Part shown: positions 35,490 to 45,776 of the stretch, piece by piece
How positions within the stretch are numbered: position 1 is the stretch's first letter
How the letters are laid out: each line of letters starts with the position of its first letter
Assembly: GCA_043228905.1 (NCBI GenBank)
Contig: JBHGNT010000010.1
Coordinates: 14,136,001 to 14,200,000 of the forward strand
Origin: Azolla caroliniana
Taxonomy: Eukaryota; Plantae; Polypodiophyta
Length of the DNA: 64,000 nt
Direction of reading: 5' to 3'
Position numbers and translations under genes: made by a program
Notes under the pieces: model-generated
What the model was told of the DNA's origin: nothing
The model's database searches: none
What the model saw: only the letters and a program-made list of their open reading frames with translations

Positions 35490-38150
35490 CTATTCCTGTA
35501 GCTCTTCATCCGAATCGTTCAGAATATCAAAAATCGAAGGCTCATCTGGCCTTGGATGTATTCCACCTATATCTTCCTCTTCATCTTCATCTGTGTCACA
35601 GTCGTCCTTCGGAGCAGGTTGTGATTCGGTTGGCTGCTCTGGTTCGCTTCTTCCGGAAGCTTGAATACCAGGAGTCTTGCTGGTTCTTTCGGCTTCGATT
35701 TTATCCAACTGGACGGAAGTGCCTATATCATTTTTGTCGAATTCTTGCATAATACTTTGAATTTCTTCTCTGTAAAATGCCGCAATTTCGTCCATATCTT
35801 TCATGATATCCTCTTGGATATTGTCAATATCCTTTTGTGCCATTTTAAAAAAACCTGCACCTTGGACCTGACGGTTATTTTTGTCGGCACGCAATAACTG
35901 TAATTCCGCCGCTTGTGCTGTCCATAACTTCCATCCTTGCGCAAGGGATTCATCGATCATTTTCTTTGCTAGGTTTCGATGTTTCCCTATGATGTGCTGC
36001 ACTTTGTCCCTAGTGATGCTTGCGACGTATTGGGCGGTCTGCAACTCTTTCTGTAAATCCGTAATAGTGGTTCGGTTCTCACTTTCAGCTCGCATTAGTT
36101 TGGATTCGACTACATATATATCCAGCCGTCTTTGTTCCGATATCTTCCGAATTTCGTCCAATTGTTGTTCAAATGCCGATTTCTCTTTACTCCATTCCTC
36201 CTGCTGTTCCGTCATTCTTCTGTTGACTTCTTCAAGACTCCGCTCTTTTTCTGTCAATTGACTTTCCTGTGACACTATATACCTTTCGAATTCTTCAATT
36301 TGTTCGGTATATGTATGATTGGCCGTCTTAGCTTCTTCTAGATTTTTCTGTAATTCGTTTATTACTTGATTTTTTTCTTCGAGAAGTTTGTATTGACCAT
36401 TCTGAATGGTTTCTATTTTTTTTTCTAATTCTGTAGTTCGAAATACAGCATTGTTGGCCCTTGTTGTTTCTGCTTGACGTGCTTTCTCAGCGTCCTCCAA
36501 TTTCTGCTGCCATTCTGACTCCGACACCATAAGCCGTGCCTGTGTTTCCCATTTGTTTAGACTTTCCTTTAGTTCTTTATTTTCTGCCTGTATGTTACAA
36601 AACTGATGTTTCAGCACCTCCGCCGATGCTGATACACTTTTGTATCTTTCAGCCATATCAATGGCTTCTTTGCGTACCGTTTCATATTCTTTATGAATTT
36701 CGACCAGTGCTCCATGTAATGGTGGCATTTCAATAGCTTCCCCTTTATTCTGTGCACTTCTTTTCCGGCCTATTTTTTCTATCTCTGCTTTTTCTTGAGG
36801 TTCCAACACTCCTCGTAAGGCTTTCTGTATCATTATTCGGTCATTATGTTCTTGAGCCAGCTGTTCTGATACTTCTGTCAGTCTTTTAGCCAACCATTCA
36901 ACCAGTTCGTATGAAGTTCCGAACTGTAAAATGGCAGCTAATTCATGTGCTGCTGGTGGGATATCCAAGTACCCATGTGCTTCCCGAATTGCTACTTTTG
37001 AAGATTGTCCTTGGTGAGGTTGTGTCGAAACGCTCTCATTCCCTGGTTTTAGTACTTCTGTTATCACAGGCGTATTCGAATTTTCATTTGTGCGTTGCCT
37101 TTTCGGTGCTGATCCCTCACTGTTTTCTGGTCGGAATTGCCGATTAGCCTTTTGTTTAATCCTTGTTCTTTGTCGCATCTTCTCTGCTTGTTGTCGATTT
37201 TCTGTCGGCTGTTGCTTGTTTATCAAATTGTCAACTGTTTCTTGTTCTGCTGCTGGTTGCCTGTTTTCGGAATTCTCTGGTCTTGGTGGTTCCGACTGAG
37301 GCATATTTGTTTGTATATTATCGGCATGTGCCGATTCTTCTTCTATCCATTCTTCATGTACTACCTGTCGGTGTCTTCGTGGTGCTTGTACTATCGGTGG
37401 TCTTCTTGACTGAACAGGAGTTTCCGATTCTTGAATCGGAAACAATACTGATAACCAACGACCAAAAATTTGCTTCATCGGTTTTCCTGTTTTTACCCCT
37501 TGTAGCTGCTCTCTCAGAGCTTCCCCCGACAATAGTGGCCAGTTGAAATCCTCTTTTTCGTATGCGGCTATGATAAACCCAGCCCTTTTTTTCGGCATAC
37601 AATAAAAACGAGGACTGACAAATCCCACCTCTAATAAAAATCTAGCCACTTCATGAAAAAACTCATCCCGACCTCCATAAGTCTGATATGCTTTTGCCGA
37701 GGGTGAGTATTCCCCGAAATACGATTGGAGTGCTTCTGATGAAGGTTTTTTAACTGCCTCAAAGCCTCCTCTTGGCATCTGTAATGCATTTCGTATTTTC
37801 TTTGTGGTGATTTTGGTGATGTCTATTTGTTGTACCAATTCTTCCGCCTGCGGATGAGGTTCCGCTTCTGCTACTTTGATGAAACCTTGTAAGTTTCTCT
37901 CATGAAGCCACAATCGCAGTTCTTCAGATACAGGAATCGGCATGACTTCTGTGTTTCCTTGTTCTGAATCACTTGTCGATGACAGTTGCAGATCTGCACA
38001 GTTTCTGTAGCGATGAAAATCAGAAAAACAGAGTTTGGGCGAACTAGGGCACGAAGGAGGCTCAGACTGTTTCGATATCTGCACTCGTTTCTGTTGTTTT
38101 GGCGACACAGACGATACAGAAATATGCTTTAAAGATATTAACTTATGCAT
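35490..38150 (-). CDS. Extra retrotransposon ORF (886 aa): globular N-terminal domain, disordered linker, long coiled coil, acidic tail; function unknown
   Basis: Uninterrupted 2.66-kb ORF between pol and the 3' LTR, in the same sense as pol; E/K/Q-rich heptad-like region. Confidence 0.85.
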   Translation of the reverse strand: MHKLISLKHISVSSVSPKQQKRVQISKQSEPPSCPSSPKLCFSDFHRYRNCADLQLSSTSDSEQGNTEVMPIPVSEELRLWLHERNLQGFIKVAEAEPHPQAEELVQQIDITKITTKKIRNALQMPRGGFEAVKKPSSEALQSYFGEYSPSAKAYQTYGGRDEFFHEVARFLLEVGFVSPRFYCMPKKRAGFIIAAYEKEDFNWPLLSGEALREQLQGVKTGKPMKQIFGRWLSVLFPIQESETPVQSRRPPIVQAPRRHRQVVHEEWIEEESAHADNIQTNMPQSEPPRPENSENRQPAAEQETVDNLINKQQPTENRQQAEKMRQRTRIKQKANRQFRPENSEGSAPKRQRTNENSNTPVITEVLKPGNESVSTQPHQGQSSKVAIREAHGYLDIPPAAHELAAILQFGTSYELVEWLAKRLTEVSEQLAQEHNDRIMIQKALRGVLEPQEKAEIEKIGRKRSAQNKGEAIEMPPLHGALVEIHKEYETVRKEAIDMAERYKSVSASAEVLKHQFCNIQAENKELKESLNKWETQARLMVSESEWQQKLEDAEKARQAETTRANNAVFRTTELEKKIETIQNGQYKLLEEKNQVINELQKNLEEAKTANHTYTEQIEEFERYIVSQESQLTEKERSLEEVNRRMTEQQEEWSKEKSAFEQQLDEIRKISEQRRLDIYVVESKLMRAESENRTTITDLQKELQTAQYVASITRDKVQHIIGKHRNLAKKMIDESLAQGWKLWTAQAAELQLLRADKNNRQVQGAGFFKMAQKDIDNIQEDIMKDMDEIAAFYREEIQSIMQEFDKNDIGTSVQLDKIEAERTSKTPGIQASGRSEPEQPTESQPAPKDDCDTDEDEEEDIGGIHPRPDEPSIFDILNDSDEELQE

Positions 38151-38418
38151 GATGACTTAAAGAATAGTAATTGCTATTAATGTAGGAATTAATTAGTATT
38201 CACTCTACGTGTAGTGGTTGTACTCCTTACTAATAATCATGCAATTCCGCTTTCTATTTATAGTCGATTCATACTGTTATGGCAAGATTGTATTTCTGCA
38301 TTTGACAAGAACTATTGAGTGAGTTAGTTAGTTTTTTATTTTTATTTTTATTTTTATTTTAATTTTATTTTTATTATTTATTATTTATTTATTTATTTAT
38401 TTATTATTATTTTTATAT

Positions 38419-38472
<54 letters not shown>

Positions 38473-38477
<5 letters not shown>

Positions 38478-41400
38478 CTTTCATTTGAATAAACGGATTT
38501 ACCGGCATATCTCCCAAATACGGTTTAAGCCGAAATCCATTTACCCATTTCGGTAAAACCTCTCCGGTTAATGATCCCAGTTGGTACGTACCATTTTTAC
38601 TATTAATTATCCATACTGGACCTGTCCATCTATACCGAAGTTTCCCAGGCATAAGTCCCATTCTCGTCTGGAATACCAATACCGGTTTCCCAATTTCGAA
38701 TTGCTCTTCCGATTTCCTTCGATGTCGATTTACGAATGCCTTGATTTGTCTCTGCTTGTGTTCTAGTGCTGACATTGATTGAATCCGTTCTTCTTCTAAT
38801 ACTAATAAAGCCTCTTTGCGTATCTGCTCCGATTCTATTTCATTTAACTTATTCGTTGCTTGGATACGAAGTGTCAGAATTTGAAATTCGATCGGCATAA
38901 CGGCTTCGAGTCCGAATGCCATTCGGAAAGGTGTTGATTTAATGGATGTTTTGTACGAAGTACGATATGCCCATAATGCACTATTTAACTTTTGATCCCA
39001 ATCAGTACGATTTTCATTCACTATCTTCTTTAAAATTGTTTGAATTGTTTTATTTGTCGATTCTGCCAATCCATTAGCTTGGGGATAGTAAGGCGTACTT
39101 TTCTTATGAACTACGGCATAGTAATTGGTTAATTCGTTAATTAACTTGTTAATAAAATGAGTGCCTTGATCGCTTACCAATTCTATTGGGCAACCGAATC
39201 GACACCATATATTCTCATACAGGAATTTTGCTGTGGATGCTGCTGTATTGTCCCTGAGAGCTTTTGCTTCAACCCATTTTGTGCAATAGTCAGTCGCAAT
39301 TATGATATATCGATTACCGGTTCTTGCAGCTGCTGGTTTGAATGGGCCAACAAAATCTAAGCCCCATTTCTGAAATAAACAAAAATTCCGACTTCGTACT
39401 GCAATTCTTTTTCTTTCATCTGTCGACATGTGTTCGGCCGGAATTCCTGTTGATAGAAATATCGTCATTTCGGAAATCCATTCATCCTCTTTTTCCTCAT
39501 TCACTTCATGTGCTTTTACTGCCTCAACCCGAAATAATTGAGTATCTGGAAAATCATCTTTAACCCCAACCGCTTCTTCTCCAGACTCAAGCCGACTGAG
39601 ATAGTCAGCAATCGCGTGCTGTGCTCCTGGTCGATGTATAATGTCGAATTCAAACTCTTGAAGCAATAACGTCCATCGGGCTAACTTGCCTGTCAATTCT
39701 TGTTTGGAAACTAGATACAGTAAAGCCGAATGATCCACATGAAATGTAAATTTCTTACCCAAAAGGTAATGTCGAAATTTGTTCACACTATATATCATTC
39801 CCAAAGCTTCTCTTTCGGTTGTTGAATAGTTTCTTTCGGCCGACGAAAGTTTCCTACTGGCATAGTATACCGGCCTATACCAGTTTGGTTCGGATAATTG
39901 CATTAAAGCACTGCCTATGGCAATGTCCGACGCATCGACGAAAACATGAAATGGTTTGTTCCAGTCCGGTGGTTGAACTACCGGAACCTTCGTCAGCATC
40001 TTCTTGAGACATTCGTATGCATCTTGTTCTATACTTGTCCATATAAAAGGAACTTTGTGTACTGCTGTGTGTAACGGAATAGCAATGTCTGCTAGATATC
40101 TCATCATTCTACTGTGCCACCGAATTTGACCCAAAAATCTACTTAGAGCTTTAGCATTTGTTGGTGGTGTTGCCTCAATAATTGCTTTAACTTTGTCTGG
40201 GTCCACTGCAATCCCTTCTTGACTGACAATATGCCCAAGTAATGTACCACTCATTACTCCGAATGCGCATTTGGCTGGATTTAAACTAAGACGCCCTTTT
40301 CGACATTTTTCTAAACATAGCCGTAAATGCTCAAAATGATCAGCTTTCCGACTATATACTACAAAATCATCTAAAAACACCTGCATGAAAGCTGGAATAT
40401 ATTCCCCGAATATTTCCTGTATTACCCGCTGAAATGTAGTTGGAGCTGTTTTTAAACCGAACATCATGACTACTGCCACAAAGACACCCCATTCTGTGAC
40501 GAAAGCTGTCTTTTCCTGATCTTCCGGATTCATCCGTACTTGGTTGTACCCACTGAACCCATCCAAGAAACTATAAATTTCATGTCCCGCTACTGCATCT
40601 AATATCCCATCTGTGAATGGCAACGGAAACGCATCCGTAATTGTCGCTGCATTCAATTTTCTGTAATCCACACATACGCGAATTTTCCCATTCTTTTTCG
40701 GGACTACTACTATCGGACTCAGCCATGTTGATTTTTTGATGGGTCGAATAAATCCTACTTTTAAGAGTTTATCGATTTCTTCTTTTACTTTGATAGCATA
40801 ATTCGGATTCAACCTGTATCTGCGTTGTTGTACTGGCTTTGCATCTTTATGCAAATTGATTTGATGTTGACAAAAAGCGGGATCCAGACCTTTCATATCG
40901 TCAAACGACCATGCAAAAACATCTTTATATTGTAATAGTAATGTTGTTAATGTCCGTTTGTCATTTACCGTCAAATCTCTAGCAATCAAGACTGTTTTTC
41001 TTTCAGCATCCTCTACTCCTGCCAAATCGATCTCCTCCAATGCTGAGGCTTGCACTCTCTGAGATACCTTCATTTCCTTATCTGTAGCTTCTTGTTGCAT
41101 TCGTATTTCTTTCATTGTTTGCTCATCGATTGGCACTTCTTCGTGTGAGTCTACATATGGTGTTAATGCTTGCAAAATATCTACCTCAAATAGAGGGATG
41201 ATTTTTTGATTATCATCAAAATACTGACTTTCTTCTTCCTCGTCCAATCCTTCCATCATATTAACTGCTTCTGCATGTACAGGTAAACTCTGTTTTCTTG
41301 TTGTCACTTTGTTGTGCGTCGGAATCCTGACCTTATTTTTTCCTTTCCTAAATGTTAGCACATTTTGTTTCCAATTTTGTTTAATATTAGCTGTCTTTAA

Positions 41401-42462
41401 CCATGGTCTCCCCAATAACAAGGGGTATGCTCCCTGTGTTTCTAACTGCAAAATTACTGCCGAAATCTGAAAACTGTGTCCCCCGATTATTACATCCAGT
41501 TGTTGAAGCAAACCAATTGGTCGTACCGTACTTGTATCTGCCATTCGTAACCAAAACGGACATGCTTCCCATTCCGTGATTCCCAGTTTTTCACATGTAG
41601 TTTTGTTAATCACATTAACACCCGAGCCTCCATCTATAATCACATTTCCGATTTCTTGCCCGTAAAGTATTACCTTAATCGACGGATTCTGTTCATCCAT
41701 GATCGAAGGGTTATTACTTGGCTGATTGTAGTGTACTGCTATTTGTTCGGAACCTTTATATGCAATTAATGCTGCCACTTTTTCTGTAAACCTTGGTACT
41801 AACTTAAGTAAGCCCGTAAGTGGCAATGACACTTGGCAATCAGCCAACAGTTTCCAAGTTTCTTCCTGTTCCTTATTCCCCAATGACTGTTGTACAACGA
41901 TGTCTTGGTCAATGTTATTGTCTTGTAACATTCGATTCACATTACTTTGATTTGCTTCATCCACCCATTCTTTTGCCGCCTTCCGAACTTCTTCCTGAAT
42001 TTCCCACTCTGATTGTTTGCTTTTGCTGCGTGTCGTTACTTGCTGAACTTCCGGTATTACCATATTAACTGCTGGACCCTTTCCTTTAACCGGACATTGA
42101 TTAGCATAATGGCCTAGTTGTCGACAAATGTAACAAGTGGGCACAAATGTTGCACTGGTCTCTCCATGTGCAAATTGCCCGTTATTAAATTGCTGCTCTT
42201 CATTACCATTCGGGTTTTGTTGGTATTGACGTGTAGCTTTTGGTTTGTAAAATCTCTTGTTTTTATACCGATTTTGCCTAAATTGTTCAGTATTATCATT
42301 TGGTTGTGCTATATTGTGTGGTATCCCGAACTCCTGATTTGGCGGAAAATTACTCTGTTGAAACATTTGATTATTTTGTGGAACGGTTTGAGTATTATGT
42401 TGAAAAGTCATATTACCCGGTTGAAATGCCGGATTTGGTTGAAATGTAGAATTCGGTTGCAC
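38473..42462 (-). CDS. pol: Gag C-terminus plus Pol (CCHC, PR, RT, RNase H, integrase core); integrase HHCC domain missing
   Basis: CYICRQLGHYANQC, IDGGSGVN, FLDGFSGY..FLDDF, VDASD, WGLDFVGP..SDQG..NGLAE. Confidence 0.95.
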
Positions 42463-42549
42463 ATTCGGACAGTTCTGTTGAAACCCTTGAAATGGTGGGT
42501 TACCTTGTTGGAAACTTTGATTATTTTGTTGAAAATATTGATTCGGATT

Positions 42550-43672
42550 CTATACGAATGGTGGGTTGGATTGAGCAAAACCTGGTTGAAATGCTTGAGT
42601 CACTTGAGTGGGTTGCATATTTTGTTGTGAAAAGATCTGATTTGGCTGTAGAACCGGATTCTGTTGTACATTTTGCTGATTTTGTGAAAAATTATTATTT
42701 TGATAACCATTGAACAGATTAGTGTTATTTTTGTAACCATTGTCAGCAAAAATTTGTCGTACTGACGCCGTAGTCTTATTAAGCAGATTATATTCACATT
42801 GTTCTACGGAATGTAATTTTGAATGACATATTGTACAATGTGTTCTTAACGTACAGTCAATTGCCGAATGCCCCGTATTTAAACAAGTGGTGCATTGAAC
42901 TGCTTGTCGAAATTGTAACTCCTCCATTGTTGGTAATGTACGGTGCAATGCCGACATGTCCATACTCTGAACATTGACCGGTGGTCGACCCATTTCTATT
43001 GCTTTATCAATGACTTGTTCGATAGTCTGATTTTGAAAATTGAACACTTTCAATGTCGTCCTTAATGGTTCTTTTACAGCTTCTAGAAAGACTTCTTTTA
43101 ATTCCTTATCCGGAATCGGCCTTGAAATCTGAAGCTGTAAGTTCTGAAATCGTATCACAAACTGAGATACTGTTTCATTTTTTTCTTGATATAACGCATA
43201 AAATTGCGCAATCAAATCCTTCTGCGGAATTTGTTGATGAAATAATTGTAAAAATTTACTAGTTAATACTTCAAAGGATGGAAATCCTTGAAGACCGTTC
43301 TGCGCAAACCAATTAGCGGAATATCCGTCTAATGATAAGACGAACTCAGCGATTTTTGACTTATCTTCGGCATCTGCCGACAATCGTTGAGCTCCATGGT
43401 TAACCTCCCATGTCGTTAAGAAATCCCTAACATGTGCTTCCGCATCTGTTCCTTCCCGGAACTTAGAATAAGTATAAGGCATATCGTCCCAAATGTCGTA
43501 AAACGATACCTCTTCCGTCTGAAGGTAATTGATCGGATAAGTCAGGAAGTTTCGACCACTTTGTGCTTGATTTCGGCTGTTCTTGCGCAATGAACGCTTG
43601 CTGCACTACCTTCGTAACTGACCTTGTACGAGGGCGCTTACAACTGATCGGTGCCTCCTCTTCATACGACAT
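42550..43672 (-). CDS. gag: Gag N-terminal/capsid region, in frame with pol but separated from it by a single TAG; probable frameshift near the N-terminus
   Basis: DAEAHVRDF..W..LYQEKNETVSQF motif and two CX2CX4HX4C knuckles; same frame as the 42462 ORF. Confidence 0.85.
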
Positions 43673-44197
43673 CCATTCGAATTGTTCTCTGCTTAATTGC
43701 AGATGTAACCGGGCGTGCCAAAATTCTTCTGTGTTAATCGGCTAATTACTAATTACTACCGATACAGAAGAGTGAACGTCGCTACTCAACGTTCTAATAA
43801 GGAATTGTGTTCTACGAACGGAATTATGCTATATTAATCGGTAATTACCGTGATCGTTACTTAGTTATAAATTAGGAAGCTTGCACTTAAGATCATAGAC
43901 AATAGAAGAAACACAGAATCCGTACAAGATATTCCTAACTTAAACTTATATTACTAAATAAAACGACCTTTCTTACAATGCCTTCGGTTCCCTTTTATAG
44001 GTATACCGAAGGTCTTTTCTCATCAAGAACTATTCCTACTTACTATCAAGATTTACAAAATTATCTAACTAACTTAGTTCTCTTCGTTTACTGCTGAGTC
44101 ATTGATCCGAACAGTCGATCCGAACCGACTCTGTTTTCAACGCTTTCCCACTTGTTCGGTAAAACTGACTGTCCGGGTCCGGGTAACACTTCTAATC

Positions 44198-44253
44198 AAG
44201 GCATTTGACTTCTAATCAAGGGATTGTGGGTTCGAGTCCCACCGGGCGTGCCA
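44198..44253 (+). pseudogene. Reverse-transcribed 3' three-quarters of tRNA-Arg(UCU), including CCA
   Basis: AAGGCA-TTTGA-CTTCTAA-TCAAG-GGATT-GTGGG-TTCGAGT-CCCAC-CGGGCGTG-CCA: anticodon arm with TCT, T arm, acceptor 3' strand and encoded CCA. The 5' end is missing. Confidence 0.93.
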
Positions 44254-45703
44254 AAATTCTTCTGTGTTAATCGGCTAATTACTAACTACTACCGATACAG
44301 AAGAGTGAACGTCGCTACTCAACGTTCTAACAAGGAATTGTGTTCTACGAACGGAATTATGCTATATTAATCGGTAATTACCGTGATCGTTACTTAGTTA
44401 TAAATTAGGAAGCTTGCACTTAAGATCATAGACAATAGAAGAAACACAGAATCCGTACAAGATATTCCTAACTTAAACTTATATTACTAAATAAAACGAC
44501 CTTTCTTACAATGCCTTCGGTTCCCTTTTATAGGTATACCGAAGGTCTTTTCTCATCAAGAACTATTCCTACTTACTATCAAGATTTACAAAATTATCTA
44601 ACTAACTTAGTTCTCTTCGTTTACTGCTGAGTCATTGATCCGAACAGTCGATCCGAACCGACTCTGTTTTCGACGCTTTCCCACTTGTTCGGTAAAACTG
44701 ACTGTCCGGGTCCGGGTAACACATACATTGCTCGAGAAGCCTTAAAGGCTTGATGGGATATTCTATCAAGTGGTTGGTTATGTATCATGTGGATAAAGAC
44801 TACAAGTTGAAAAAGGGCTTCTACTAACATAGGGGGTAGAGTGAACTCAGCCCTAATAATGTCATGTGGGACCGACGATTTGCTTCGGAGTTGGCGTGAT
44901 AACATCATCACCAATGGTCTCTCTAATTGCGTCCACATGAAAGATGGTAGTCCTTGAGCCCAAACCGTTGATGCATAGATGAGAGAGGGAGTCACTAATG
45001 AGTCAAAGAGCCACCATTTAGTTCGTGGCTCTTGGAAGTATGCTTGGTGGCATTGTCTCTCGAGGAGTGAGAGGGATGCATGTCCTCTTGTAAGTCCATC
45101 CTTCGCTGCTTGTGTCATGGAAAATTTACTTGAGCGGGCACTAAAAGTGACTCTGAGATAGACATATGATCCAACCACCTCAACTGGGCTATGGGAGATA
45201 GTTAGGTGACACTTAGCTCTAACTTGGGCCGACGTGTGGAAGATAAGGACTTTAGTTTTCCCTAGATTCACTACCAATCCTCGTTGTGTGCAAAAGTCAT
45301 CTAAGGCATTTAGGTGCCTTTGTAGGTCATGTTCAGATTCAGAGAGCAAAACTATGTCATCCGCATAGAGCAAGATACGAACCTGCGTATCCCCAAGAAC
45401 TACTCCATGGCCTCCCTTACGAGCAATAAAATCTGTGATCTCATCAATGTAGATCCCAAAAAGAGTCGGAGATAGGGGGCAACCTTGTTTTACACCAATA
45501 GTGCTAGTGAAACAATCGGATAGGCCACCTGGGCATCGAACACACCCGGACACTTGTTCATATAGTGCGTAGATGGCCCAAACCATGTCATCTGGTATCC
45601 TCAAGCTCTTAAGCCTATCAAACAACCACTCTCTAGGGACCGTGTCAAAGGCTTTGCGGAAGTCCACAAAGCAACAATATAATTTCTTCTTGCAAGCCTT
45701 AGT

Positions 45704-45776
<73 letters not shown>

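Larger units (their letters stand above)
34989..44721 (-). mobile_element. Young non-chromovirus Ty3/gypsy element with three 457-bp LTRs and an extra 3' ORF
   Basis: LTRs 34989-35445, 43732-44188 and 44265-44721 differ at only a few bases; 5-bp TSD CATAC (34984-34988 and 44722-44726); PBS TGGCACGCCCGGT at 43708-43720. Confidence 0.97.
34260..45704 (-). mobile_element. 5'-truncated LINE (RT at 44727-45704, 3' part at 34260-34983), split by the three-LTR gypsy
   Basis: FVDFRKAFD, GVKQGCPLSPTLF and LLYADD motifs; C-terminal CPTYAEIR remnant at 34705-34935; (TTTC)n tail. Confidence 0.88.

Noticed and set aside
44198-44253. Functional tRNA-Arg gene
   Set aside because: It lacks the 5' acceptor strand and A box and has an encoded CCA, so it is better explained as a cDNA copy of the primer.
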